DNA of 62,580 bases, the filler included, from Nitrospinota bacterium (GTDB taxonomy: Bacteria; JAUXIQ01), in assembly GCA_030620925.1 (NCBI GenBank). It is 13 parts of 13 records of this genome, joined end to end, with 100 filler letters (N's around TTAATTAATTAA, not from the genome) between each part and the next. Parts side by side here need not be neighbours in the genome. Positions count along the whole stretch, not along the records: positions 18,285 to 22,158 come from JAUXIQ010000273.1; positions 22,259 to 28,122 come from JAUXIQ010000149.1; positions 28,223 to 35,966 come from JAUXIQ010000083.1; 10 more parts are not named here. The stretch is one strand, 5' to 3'. How positions within the stretch are numbered: the stretch's first letter is position 1; each line of letters starts with the position of its first letter. Below, in pieces: positions 19,242 through 28,972 of the stretch. Both the position numbers and the translations under genes were made by a program. Below the pieces are notes generated by a model. The model was not told where the DNA came from and made no database searches. It worked only from the letters and a program-made list of their open reading frames with translations.

Positions 19242-20012
19242 TCAAACCTCCTTGGCTTTAATCGCGCTAAAAACGATCTCCTTGAAAGAGTCCGGGGTCA
19301 AGCTGGCTCCGCCCACCAAGGCTCCATCAATATCCACTTCCCGCATTAGTTCAAGAGTGTTGTCGGGGCTGACGCTTCCCCCGTATAGGACCCTCGTCTG
19401 AGCGGAAAGCTCCTTTCCCCACGTCTTCGCCAGCAGCTCTCGAATATGCGCATGCACTTCCTGGGCCTGTTCCGGCGTGGCGTTTCTCCCAGTGCCGATG
19501 GCCCAAACCGGCTCGTACGCTATAATTATACCTTTTATTTCCTCTCCGTTCAAGCCCTTAAGCCCTTTTTCCATCTGGCTTTCCACTATCTCCAGGGTCT
19601 TCCCCGCGTCCCTCTGCTCAAGGGTCTCGCCGATGCACATTATGGGGAGCAGCCCTCCCTGAAGCGCTGCAGCCACTTTTTTGTTGACTGTCTCGTCGGT
19701 CTCGCCGAAGTAGCGCCGCCTCTCTGAATGCCCCACGATGACGTGGGTGCATCCCACATCCTTCAACATGTCCGGCGACACCTCGCCGGTGAAGGCGCCC
19801 TCTTTTTCCCAGAAGATGTTCTGCCCCGCCAGGCCTATGTTCCTCTTCCCCAGCGTGTGCCTCATCGGCAGGAGTGCGGTAAAAGGGGCGGCGATGATGA
19901 CTTCGGCCTCCGACCTTTCTTCCCACCCATCCAGGAACAGCTCCAGGAAGTGCAGGGCTTCCCCCACGGTCTTATTCATCTTCCAATTTGCCGCCGCTAC
20001 GGGAACTCTCAT
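19242..20012 (-). CDS. tpiA: triosephosphate isomerase
   Basis: AANWKMNK, GHSERR, AYEPVWAIGTG, YGGSV, LVGGASL. Start placed at MRVPV. Confidence 0.98.
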   Translation of the reverse strand: MRVPVAAANWKMNKTVGEALHFLELFLDGWEERSEAEVIIAAPFTALLPMRHTLGKRNIGLAGQNIFWEKEGAFTGEVSPDMLKDVGCTHVIVGHSERRRYFGETDETVNKKVAAALQGGLLPIMCIGETLEQRDAGKTLEIVESQMEKGLKGLNGEEIKGIIIAYEPVWAIGTGRNATPEQAQEVHAHIRELLAKTWGKELSAQTRVLYGGSVSPDNTLELMREVDIDGALVGGASLTPDSFKEIVFSAIKAKEV

Positions 20013-20145
20013 CTGTCTCCTCTCCGGGGGCTCAATCGACACGCATATCGGGGGAAAAAATCCCTCACGCATGATATTCGATTTATATCTCGAACCTGAC
20101 AGGGGAGAATTATAACCGTATTTCCTGAACCGTGCGCAGTCTATA

Positions 20146-21147
20146 TTAACTTGTTATCATATATTCCATCAAGTCTTTTAACCGGCAGGAGTATCCCCAC
20201 TCGTTATCATACCAGGCCAGTACCCCTACCATCTTACCCTCTACCACCCTGGTGGAAAGGGCATCCACCACGGCGGAACGAGGATCGCGTTTGAAGTCTA
20301 CGGATACCAGGGGCAACTCGCTGTAGCCCAGGATGCCCCGCAGTCCGTTATGCGCCGCCTCTTCGAAGGCGGCATTGACCTCCTCCTTTTCCGTTCTTCT
20401 CTCCGTTTCCACCACCAGGTCCACAAGGGAAACAGTTTCTACAGGGACCCTCACCGCCAGGCCGTCCATCCTCCCCTCAAGCTCGGGAAGAACCAGATGT
20501 ATGGCCGATGCCGCGCCGGTAGAGGTGGGTATCATTGAAGCCGATGCCGATCTGGCGCGCCGAAGGTCTTTGTGCGCTATGTCGAGCACCGACTGGTCAT
20601 TAGTCACCGCGTGAATGGTGGTCATGAACCCCCTGACTATGCCGAAATTCTCCATGAGCACCTTGGCTACGGGTGCCAGACAATTGGTGGTGCAGGAAGC
20701 ATTGGAAATTACGTTGTGCGCCAGGGGGTCGTATAACTCATGATTTATCCCCATGCAGATGGTCACATCGGGATTTTTTGCCGGCGCGGATATGACCACC
20801 TTGCGCGCCCCGGCTTCCATATGCCTCTGGGCCATGGTCCTCTCCTTGAACAGACCCGACGACTCAAGGACGTAGTCGACCTCCATATCGCCCCAGGGGA
20901 TATCTTTCGGATCACGTTCTGCGGTCACCAGCACCGTCTTCCCATCCACGGCGATACTTTTATCACTCCCCTCAACGGACCTTTCGAATATGCCCTGTAT
21001 TGAGTCGTATTTGAGCAGATGGGAAAGCGTCTGCGCGTCGTACAGGTCATTTATGGCCGCTATTTCCAGATTACTGGCCCCGAAGGCGGCCCTGAAAAAA
21101 TTGCGCCCGATCCTGCCAAATCCATTTATGCCCACTCGGACAGCCAT
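20146..21147 (-). CDS. gap: type I glyceraldehyde-3-phosphate dehydrogenase
   Basis: GINGFGRIGR, SNASCTTNCLAP, WYDNEWGYS. Confidence 0.97.
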   Translation of the reverse strand: MAVRVGINGFGRIGRNFFRAAFGASNLEIAAINDLYDAQTLSHLLKYDSIQGIFERSVEGSDKSIAVDGKTVLVTAERDPKDIPWGDMEVDYVLESSGLFKERTMAQRHMEAGARKVVISAPAKNPDVTICMGINHELYDPLAHNVISNASCTTNCLAPVAKVLMENFGIVRGFMTTIHAVTNDQSVLDIAHKDLRRARSASASMIPTSTGAASAIHLVLPELEGRMDGLAVRVPVETVSLVDLVVETERRTEKEEVNAAFEEAAHNGLRGILGYSELPLVSVDFKRDPRSAVVDALSTRVVEGKMVGVLAWYDNEWGYSCRLKDLMEYMITS

Positions 21148-21628
21148 TTTTAGCAATCCCCCTTTCTAAGAATCCCGGCAGACTCCATCAAGCCCTCAGT
21201 GTGTCCGGGCATATTCGGTGAAACAGTGTGGTCTTTCTTTAAAATATATGTATCTCTTATATCATGTTTAATTATTATGGTCAATCAGCCCCAAAACAGG
21301 GCAACCTGCCACCGAATATCTAAAGGACTAATACGAGGTTCTATTTAATCCGCCAGTAACTGTCAGGTGAGTCACCTTATGCCCTCAAGAAGCCTCTCAA
21401 ACGGAAGAGAACAGATGGACCGATAAACAGCACTTTTGAATTTACTCAAAATTACGGTGAATTATGGTTCAACTCCCGGTAAAGGCTTTTTCTTTTATTC
21501 TATTACACTTGCAAGAAGTAATCACCGTTTCGAGCGCCAGGCCGCGGTTATACACTTCTTGACAATTTATCGGCTGGTAATATGTTTACAATTAGAACAA
21601 AACACGTTAATAAAAAGAGGTATATAAA

Positions 21629-21829
21629 GTGGCAAGCAGCAAGAAAAAAGTTTTCAAAACATCAGATTTAGCCCGTTTTCTCAAGGTGAGTCCCGACGAG
21701 ATCAGCTACTGGGCCAGAAAAGGGCAGATTCCAGCATACAAAGAAGGCCGGCAATGGAGATTCAAGAGAAGCGATATCAAAAAGTGGGTTAAAAAGAGAG
21801 AACCTTCACTGTCCATTACTAATCTGTGA
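21629..21829 (+). CDS. small excisionase-like helix-turn-helix DNA-binding protein
   Basis: TSDLARFLKVSPDEISYWARKGQIPAYKEGRQWRFKRSDIKKW; AGAGG RBS with GTG start. Confidence 0.85.
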   Translation: MASSKKKVFKTSDLARFLKVSPDEISYWARKGQIPAYKEGRQWRFKRSDIKKWVKKREPSLSITNL

Positions 21830-21948
21830 ACACAACTGAGCGTGTAGCCGGTCAACGATGATCCAAAAATATTAAAAAGTATGCACTGGTCAGGAAGTTG
21901 AGTCGACGGGAGCTATGTAGGGCGGATTGGTATATCTAAATATGTCGC

Positions 21949-21983
21949 AAAAAAGCCCCATCCGTTGGAAAGGGGATTTTTTT
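21949..21983 (+). terminator. putative intrinsic terminator
   Basis: A6-GCCCC...GGGG-A-T7. Confidence 0.55.
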
Positions 21984-22085
21984 ATGTGCGCGCCCGGAGT
22001 TGCCAGGACAACCAATCTGTGTTAAGGTATCATGAAATTTCGCCAGTTATATTCTGCAATAATAACCACACCATAGGGAAGAAAA

Positions 22086-22158
22086 ATGGCTAAAGATAAG
22101 ATAAAAGTGCTTCTCGCCAAACTTGCCATAGACGGACACGACCGTGGAGTAAAAGTCA
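22086..22158 (+). CDS. cobalamin-binding subunit of an acyl-CoA mutase (N-terminal fragment)
   Basis: Manual translation MAKDKIKVLLAKLAIDGHDRGVKV contains the DxHxxG B12-binding motif; cut by the contig end. Confidence 0.85.
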
Positions 22159-22259
22159 NNNNNNNNNNNNNNNNNNNNNNNNNNNNNNNNNNNNNNNNNN
22201 NNTTAATTAATTAANNNNNNNNNNNNNNNNNNNNNNNNNNNNNNNNNNNNNNNNNNNNG

Positions 22260-22637
22260 GAAGTCACCCTTGAGGACGTGGAATGCATCATGCGGGCGAC
22301 CAGCGGCTCCGTCTCCCTCAACGACTCCATGTCCGACGAGGGGAGCACAAACTATATAGATTTGCTGGTGGCGGAGAACGGTACCAGCGCAGACGGCAGA
22401 ATCGAAGAGGATGACCTCAAGGAAACCATTAATACGCTGGTCAACGAGCTCACCGCCAGGGAGGGCAAGGTAATTAGGATGCGGTTCGGCCTTGACGGAG
22501 GAGAGCCACTTACGCTCCAGGAGATAGCCACACATCTCAACCTCAGCAAAGAGCGAATCAGGCAGATAGAGAAGCGGGCCAAGAACATCCTTCGCAAGCG
22601 GGCGGTAAACAAAAATTTGGCCGATTTGCTCAACTGA
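22260..22637 (+). CDS. sigma-70 family factor (RpoD/RpoS-like), regions 3-4, 5' truncated
   Basis: VSLND..., LTAREGKVIRMRFGL, TLQEIATHLNLSKERIRQIEKRA. Confidence 0.92.
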   Translation, partial: EVTLEDVECIMRATSGSVSLNDSMSDEGSTNYIDLLVAENGTSADGRIEEDDLKETINTLVNELTAREGKVIRMRFGLDGGEPLTLQEIATHLNLSKERIRQIEKRAKNILRKRAVNKNLADLLN

Positions 22638-22668
22638 AACATATCGGCTTTTCTAATAGACCGGTGCA

Positions 22669-22705
22669 GAAAAAGCCCGAGCCTGAAAGGCCCGGGCTTT
22701 CTGTT
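22669..22705. terminator. likely bidirectional terminator
   Basis: GAAAAAGCCCGAGCC-TGAAA-GGCCCGGGCTTTCTGTT between convergent genes. Confidence 0.7.
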
Positions 22706-22767
22706 ATATAGCATAGTTCAGAACGGGCTCGCTTGTGTGCAGTCGCCCGCCGGCAAGGCGGCCACCC

Positions 22768-25386
22768 TTATTTGAAAAACTCTTTCGGAGCCCGCTTTAG
22801 ACTTTCCACCTGCTCCATGGTTAACTCTTTTATCCGATCCTCTTCTATCACGGTGGGGGAGATGAGGATCACCAACTCGCTTTTGCTCCTCATTTCGAAC
22901 GACTGCCGGAATAAGGCCCCCAGAAGCGGTATTTTACTTAAAAAGGGAACCCCCGAGCGCTGGGTCTGCACACGGTCCTGGATGAGGCCCGCTATGACCA
23001 GTGTCTGCCCGCTCATCATGGTAATCACCGTGTCGGTTTCACGGGTGGTCAGTCTGGGAGCCGTAGCATTTGCCGGCCCGACGACGGTTTCGAGTAGTTC
23101 AGTAATGCTAGGGTGCACCCACATGGTGATCCTGCCGTCAGGGTTCACCTGGGGAGTAACGTCGAGGACCAGCCCCACGGTTATGTTCTGAGCCGTGGCG
23201 GATAATGTGGCAACACCCTGAGTAACGGTTGTCACTACGTCGAAGAAGACCTCTTCCCTGCCCACCTTGATCACAGCCTTCTGGTTATTAAGGGTGGAGA
23301 TTTTGGGGTTTGACAGGGTATGAATATCTCCCTGGACGCTCAGGGCGTCAATAATGAAGGTGACGTTATCGTTATCGGTCACCCCGAAGTTGAAAACGCC
23401 GGTGGGTATGGTAGCCGGAACGCCGACCCCTATCATCGACTGATCGACCATCAAGTTTCCGCCCAGACCCCCGGCCAGGTCGCCGGCTATTTCTCCCACC
23501 AGGGACCAATCGACACCCATCTGAAAATCATCGGAGAGGATCACCTCCATGATGGTGGCCTGGATCATCACCTGCCTTAAGAATGCCCCCTCAACGGTCT
23601 CCAGGAACTCCGCCGCCCGGGCCATGTCGTCGGGCGTGGCTGTAATCTGTATTATGCCCGCAAACTTGTTGACGATGAGCATCTTCTTCCCGTCGGCTCG
23701 AGTGGGCTCTACGCTTGCGGTGCCGAAAAGTATCATGTTCAACCCTTCGGTGATGGTGCCCCAGATATCCGGCGCGTCTTCGGTAGTGATCGTGCTCTGC
23801 CCGGTGGCGGCCCCCCCGCCTTCATCTTCGTCATCGCCTCCGCCGGTGGTCAGCGCCCCCGTGCCGCTGCGGGTGGTGGCCATGTAGTTGATGTAGAAGA
23901 CCCGCGTCACATACTCTATTACTTTCTTTTTCTTCTTTTTAGCGGTAATAATGGGAGTACCTTCTGGTGTAAATCCCTCTTCTTCAAGCGCTTCTTGTCG
24001 TTTCTTGCGGGCTATCTTTTCCTGCTCGATAATATCTTTCTGATCGATCCACAGGACGTTACCCTCCTGCAGAAAATTGTACCCGTAGATTCTGAGTATC
24101 AGGTCAAGCACCTGATCCCAGGGAACCTCTTCCATTTTCAGGTTCACCGACCCGCTCACCGAGGGCCCGGTGATTATGTTAAGTCCGCTCACCTCCGCCA
24201 GCAGACGCAGAACATCTTCCATTTCAGCTTCCTGGAAATCAAGCGAGATTTTGGCGCCCTTATACCTTCCTCTGACCAGCCTGGGGACCACTTCTTTTTT
24301 CTCTTCTTCCACTCCCGGCTTGGGCGGGACGGCTTTAGGCGGGGCAGCCTTGGTGGGAGCAGCCTTGGGTGGCGCCTTGGCGGCAGCAACAACCGGCGGC
24401 GGCTCTGCTATGTCCAACTTGATGGTGTTGCCCTCCTGATACACGATGTAGGGGGTAGTCTGGCTAAGCAAGGCTACTATCCGGGCTATGGGGCGCCCCG
24501 CCTCCTGGGATTGGCTCAGACTCACGCTCTTGAGCGACCCCAAGGGTACATCCGGTTCCAGCTTCTGCTCCCCTATAACCAGGGCGTCCTTTATCTCCAG
24601 CATAAGCCTCAAGGGGTCTTTCAATTTCACCACTTTGAACTGTGGGTTCTCGCCCGTAAAGTCCGTTTCCACACGCACCTGTTTCTGCTTCGCCAACCTC
24701 CCATATCGCATGCCGGTGACTTTGATCGATGGCGGCGCGTCCATCGGTTTGAGCTCGGCGCCGGGCTTACTGAAAAAACTCACCACTATATTGTTCTCTT
24801 CCCTTAAAATACTGTAAGGGACCATCTTGCTGAGCTCGATTTCCAGGCGGGTAATGTCCTTATCTTGCAGGTAGACGGCGCTAACGGTTTCGACAGGCTC
24901 CTGGTTAATTTTTGAGGGTTCTTTGAAAGATCCCACACCTGTTCCGAAGATGTTTATGGCCAACCGGGGCGGTGATTTGAGGGGATAAGCGGTAAATTGA
25001 AGCAGTGAGGTGGCACCCACCGTTACCTGCAGGCCGCCGGGAAACTCTGCGACGGTCAGCTCCGTCAGCTTAGGCTGTTCACTCACCTGCTCTGTTTCAG
25101 CACCGGCTGCAGGAGCAGGGGCTTTCTCCTCAGCTTCCTTCTTTCCCGCGGTTGCCTCTTGTTTCAATTCGGAGCGTAGCTTCTCGCGCGCCTCAACCCT
25201 GGCGCGAGCCTTTTTTAAGGCTTCCTTCTTGATCGCTTCTCTCTTCTCAGGAGAGGGGGGACCGGCTTGTCCTTTCCTCCCCTCCGGCCTGGCGCAGCCG
25301 TATAGCAGTAACATAACCGCCAAAATGGATGCCATAACTCTCAGCTTCCGCCCGATTTTTGCATGATCGGAATATAATAAATTCAT
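22768..25386 (-). CDS. type IV pilus-family secretin (lipoprotein, 2 AMIN-like domains, N0/STN, MshL-like secretin core)
   Basis: Lipobox LYGC; PPRLAINI and DPLRLMLEI AMIN-like repeats; ISLDFQEAEMEDVLRLLAEVSGLNII..VPWDQVLDLIL; secretin signature SGVPFLSKIPLLGALF...SELVILISP. Confidence 0.9.
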   Translation of the reverse strand: MNLLYSDHAKIGRKLRVMASILAVMLLLYGCARPEGRKGQAGPPSPEKREAIKKEALKKARARVEAREKLRSELKQEATAGKKEAEEKAPAPAAGAETEQVSEQPKLTELTVAEFPGGLQVTVGATSLLQFTAYPLKSPPRLAINIFGTGVGSFKEPSKINQEPVETVSAVYLQDKDITRLEIELSKMVPYSILREENNIVVSFFSKPGAELKPMDAPPSIKVTGMRYGRLAKQKQVRVETDFTGENPQFKVVKLKDPLRLMLEIKDALVIGEQKLEPDVPLGSLKSVSLSQSQEAGRPIARIVALLSQTTPYIVYQEGNTIKLDIAEPPPVVAAAKAPPKAAPTKAAPPKAVPPKPGVEEEKKEVVPRLVRGRYKGAKISLDFQEAEMEDVLRLLAEVSGLNIITGPSVSGSVNLKMEEVPWDQVLDLILRIYGYNFLQEGNVLWIDQKDIIEQEKIARKKRQEALEEEGFTPEGTPIITAKKKKKKVIEYVTRVFYINYMATTRSGTGALTTGGGDDEDEGGGAATGQSTITTEDAPDIWGTITEGLNMILFGTASVEPTRADGKKMLIVNKFAGIIQITATPDDMARAAEFLETVEGAFLRQVMIQATIMEVILSDDFQMGVDWSLVGEIAGDLAGGLGGNLMVDQSMIGVGVPATIPTGVFNFGVTDNDNVTFIIDALSVQGDIHTLSNPKISTLNNQKAVIKVGREEVFFDVVTTVTQGVATLSATAQNITVGLVLDVTPQVNPDGRITMWVHPSITELLETVVGPANATAPRLTTRETDTVITMMSGQTLVIAGLIQDRVQTQRSGVPFLSKIPLLGALFRQSFEMRSKSELVILISPTVIEEDRIKELTMEQVESLKRAPKEFFK

Positions 25387-25646
25387 TTTATATTGTTCTC
25401 TCCCTTACCAGGTTATCTTTGTTATCTTTTAAATCTTAGCTTTTAGCCATACTTTGGTAACAAGATACAATTTGTTTATAATAAATATCATATCATAGTC
25501 CATTAATTTAAATTACGGCAAAAAGTAAATTTAAGTTAACATAATTTTTTGATTCTTTCAATTTTTTTTTTGTTTTTCAGCGCTTGATAAACTCAGACTC
25601 TACTTGTTAATCAATTAGATACGGGCAGCGTGCTGTCGTCCATGCG

Positions 25647-26564
25647 CTAAGGGCGCAGAATTTCCAGCACGTGCCGTCGGGTGGGAAGCGAGCTGAAGTG
25701 TTCTATTATATAATCCCCATTAATGAGCCCTTTTTCCGTAATCACCCCTGTCAGCCGTTCCAGGGGGGTCGAATCAAAATAACAGTTGATGACATTCAGG
25801 TTTCTGGGCGGTAGTTCCATAACCTGTCGGGGATCATACCTGTCCAGTTTAGGTTGATAACCCAGTGGAACCGGCAGGAGCTTTTCGCTGCTGCACAGTG
25901 CGTAGCAGGGAATACCCTGTTTCTCAGCGGCCATGGCCAAACCGCTTGTACCCGCTTTGTTCACCAAACCGTCCGGTGAAAGGGTGTCCCCGCCCACCAT
26001 AGCCATGCTCATTTCATCTATGAACACGAACGCCGAGGCATCAGTCAAAAGCACCGTTTCTATGCCCGCACCCGCTAAAACCTCAGCCAGCATGGCCCCC
26101 TCCATCATGGGGCGTGATTCGAGGCAGTAAACGCTGAAATCCTTCCCCTGGCTGCGGGCTCGTATGGCCGCCTCGGCCACGGTAGCGCTGTAAGATATGG
26201 TCATTATCGAACTGCCGTCATCGATTGCAGAGGCGGCATGCTCGGCCACCAGTGAGACGTTCTCTTTCATGAGAGCAATAAATTCATTGATGTTGTCCAG
26301 GGCGTTGCTCACCCCTTCTTTCACCCCGGCGCTCTTCTCAGCTCCCGCCAGGGCATGAGCGGCCAGGTTAGCGAGCGAAGCCATGGCGGGTTTGGCCGAG
26401 TATATCTCCCTGGAGGTCTTCAGGATGTAGTCCGTGAGTTCGGTTACCGTCTGGAAGGTGTTCGACTTGACGGCTCTCTTAAGCGCCTCCGCCGCTTTAA
26501 GGGTAACCTCTACGGCTCCCGATCTATTGTCAGACCTGATTTCCTCGATCATATCCCTTACCAC
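25647..26564 (-). CDS. eIF-2B alpha/beta/delta-family protein (sugar-phosphate isomerase fold, archaeal aIF-2B-like)
   Basis: DNRSGA, KPAMASL, TISYSATV, ESRPMMEG, VGGD, VNKAGT, YFDSTP, ITEKG. Confidence 0.85.
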   Translation of the reverse strand: MVRDMIEEIRSDNRSGAVEVTLKAAEALKRAVKSNTFQTVTELTDYILKTSREIYSAKPAMASLANLAAHALAGAEKSAGVKEGVSNALDNINEFIALMKENVSLVAEHAASAIDDGSSIMTISYSATVAEAAIRARSQGKDFSVYCLESRPMMEGAMLAEVLAGAGIETVLLTDASAFVFIDEMSMAMVGGDTLSPDGLVNKAGTSGLAMAAEKQGIPCYALCSSEKLLPVPLGYQPKLDRYDPRQVMELPPRNLNVINCYFDSTPLERLTGVITEKGLINGDYIIEHFSSLPTRRHVLEILRP

Positions 26565-26737
26565 CTTCTGCCTCCTCAGCTAAGAGATTGAAAAACTTTA
26601 TCTCTATAGATATATCCTGCTCTTCCCTTTGGCAAACAACCCGGAGCCAGGCTCCGTTGACAGAAATAGGGAAATGTGGAATAATTCTACGCTGGTTTTC
26701 CCTTTATCTCTCAGCGAGCGGAGGGTCCCTGAGTAGG

Positions 26738-27517
26738 ATGGAAATCATAGCGGTGGGCAGGGAAATCCTGATGGGTACCACCCGGGACAGCAACTCCTGC
26801 TGGCTGGCGGGAGAAATCACCCGGCTGGGGGGGCGGGTAACCAGATTCACCGCCGTCGACGACGACGTCAAGGAAATAGCTCGCTCCATAAGGGAGGCGT
26901 TCAAGAGGGGCGCAGAGTGCATAATCACCACCGGCGGGCTGGGGCCCACCTTCGATGACCTTACATTAAAGGGAGTCGCCAGGGCGACGGGCGCCGAACT
27001 TGAGCTGCACCAAGAGGCGCTCTCTTTCGTGAAGCAGAGGTACAGATATTTCTACCGCCAGGGTTATGTAGATACTCCTGAGCTAAACCCCTCTCGGGAA
27101 AAGATGGCCTGTCTGCCTCAAGGTGCGGATATGCTTAAGAACCCCGTGGGAACGGCGCCGGGGGTCAGCCTGCACCACGGCGACTGCACCATTGTCTGCC
27201 TGCCGGGGGTTCCTGAGGAGATGAAGGGCATCTTCCAGGGCTCGGTCAAGCGGCTCCTTCGTAAACTTATGACCGGCGATTATCGCTGGCAGACACGCAT
27301 CCGCAGCGGCCAGGGGGATGAATCGAAGATGGCGGATGCCCTGGAGGGGCTGGTGAAAAGATATGAAGGGGTGCACATAAAGTCGCATCCGAAGACTTTC
27401 GGCAGGGAAACCTCCATAGAGATAGAAATAACCGCTGAGGGGAGCAGTGGAAGCGAAGCCAGGAAAAAGGGGGAAAAGGTGGAAAAGGCGCTAAAGAAAC
27501 TCCTGGAAATAGACTGA
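26738..27517 (+). CDS. CinA N-terminal/COG1058 molybdopterin-binding-fold protein without a PncC domain
   Basis: EIIAVGREILMG...DSNS.WLA, TTGGLGPTFDDLT, NPVGTAPG, LPGVPEEM. TTGACA-17-AATAAT promoter at 26657-26685. Confidence 0.88.
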   Translation: MEIIAVGREILMGTTRDSNSCWLAGEITRLGGRVTRFTAVDDDVKEIARSIREAFKRGAECIITTGGLGPTFDDLTLKGVARATGAELELHQEALSFVKQRYRYFYRQGYVDTPELNPSREKMACLPQGADMLKNPVGTAPGVSLHHGDCTIVCLPGVPEEMKGIFQGSVKRLLRKLMTGDYRWQTRIRSGQGDESKMADALEGLVKRYEGVHIKSHPKTFGRETSIEIEITAEGSSGSEARKKGEKVEKALKKLLEID

Positions 27518-27679
27518 TCGTAAACCCCGCGGGAGGCGCGGCCAGGAAAAACAACCGAATTGCATGGGAGGAATTATGCAGGGGCGCTGCTTGCCGCGCC
27601 CAATGGATTTTCACCTGATTTTCATGCCTGTAATATGTGAGGTTAATCGGATTTTCGAGGCATTAAAGAGGAGGACGAG

Positions 27680-28122
27680 ATGGATTTTGCCGTATCTGAA
27701 GAGTATCGTGCGTTGAAGAGAGTGGCCCGCAGGTTCGTGCAGGAAGAGTGCAACCCGCGGGAAGAAGAAATCGAGCGCAATAACGAATTCCCGAAGGAGT
27801 TGATGAAAGAGATGGCCAAGAAGGCCGTGGACATAGGCATCTACGCCCTGGACCAGCCGGCGGAATACGGGGGCGGAGGGGAAGGGCTGATGTGCAGGGT
27901 CATGGTGGCGGAGGAATTCGGCCGGACCACAGACGCCTTCGATTTCCTGCACGCCGGCGGGGACAGCATGATCGCCCGCTACGGAAGCGATGAGCAGAAG
28001 GAAAAATATCTCAGGCCGTTGTGCAACGGCGAGATGTTCGTAGCCATCGGGATGACCGAGCCCGACGCCGGCTCCGACGTGGCCAGCATCCAGACCACCG
28101 CCGAGAAAGACGGCGATAACTA
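27680..28122 (+). CDS. acyl-CoA dehydrogenase (3' truncated)
   Basis: PAEYGGGG, GSDEQKEKYL, MTEPDAGSDV. Confidence 0.92.
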
Positions 28123-28251
28123 NNNNNNNNNNNNNNNNNNNNNNNNNNNNNNNNNNNNNNNNNNNNTTAATTAATTAANNNNNNNNNNNNNNNNNNNNNN
28201 NNNNNNNNNNNNNNNNNNNNNNCCTTGATACTTGGAACTCGTACAGACATA

Positions 28252-28846
28252 CTAAAGGCCGTGATCCTCCCACTTCGGGTCCCGTTTTTCTACGAAAGAG
28301 CGCGCCCCTTCGCTGTGCTTATCTCCGCGGATGAACATGCTCATTATGCCTTCCGTTTCCAGGAAATGTCTCTCCTCCATGGTGCGTCCAACGCCGCGGA
28401 CGACAGACTCTTTATCCCTTCGGATGGACCCCTGCGGCAGCTCGCAGATGGATTTCGCCAGCTCTTTCACACGGGTCATCAGTTGGTTCTGCGGCACCAC
28501 TTCGTTGACCAGGCCGATGCGGTAGGCCTCCTGGGCGTCTATGCGCTTCCCGGTAATAATCAGCTCCATAGCCCTCGCTGTTGTAAACCGACACCCGGAA
28601 CTGGTCGTAGGTTCCGATGTCGGTGAGAGCGGTGGCATCGTTGAGGTCCCACCCGGCGGAGAAGGCTTTATCCCCGGCCCCGGTGAAAATAGCCACGAAA
28701 GCGTCATCGTCATCTCGGAAAGTCTTCCAGGCGTCCTGCAACTCGAAGCTGGTAGCGTTGTTGATGCAGTTATGCACCTTCGGCCGGTTGATGGTTATGG
28801 TTACTACATGGCCCTCTTTTTCATACAAGATGTTCTCATAAGCCAT
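28252..28846 (-). pseudogene. enoyl-CoA hydratase/crotonase with internal deletion and frameshift
   Basis: N-half (ITINRPKVHN..AFSAGWDL) and C-half (RAMELIITGKRIDAQEAYRIGLVNEVV..FVEKRDPKW) are in different frames and abut at about 28577. The central KP..AAVNG..GG.E..D.R segment is absent. Confidence 0.8.
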
Positions 28847-28906
28847 ACGTCACCTCCTGAATATTATGTTTCTTAAGGTAGAATTCTACATTCGAGGGAA
28901 TCGGCA

Positions 28907-28947
28907 CGAACCGGTTTCATTATGTTAGCTTTATGCGGCGTCTTCAA
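28907..28947 (-). promoter_or_regulatory. sigma70 promoter plus downstream motif GAAACCGGTTCG
   Basis: TTGAAG-17-CATAAT immediately followed by the motif; same layout as 30084-30124. Confidence 0.55.
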
Positions 28948-28972
28948 TAGCTTTTTCTTCTTTATATTGTGA

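Noticed and set aside
21629-21829. Prophage or integrative element suggested by the excisionase-like HTH
   Set aside because: No integrase, att site or phage genes on the contig; such HTH proteins are common stand-alone regulators.
28412-28713. Programmed ribosomal frameshift in the crotonase
   Set aside because: No slippery sequence at the junction, and about 60-70 conserved residues are missing, so a frameshift would not restore the enzyme.
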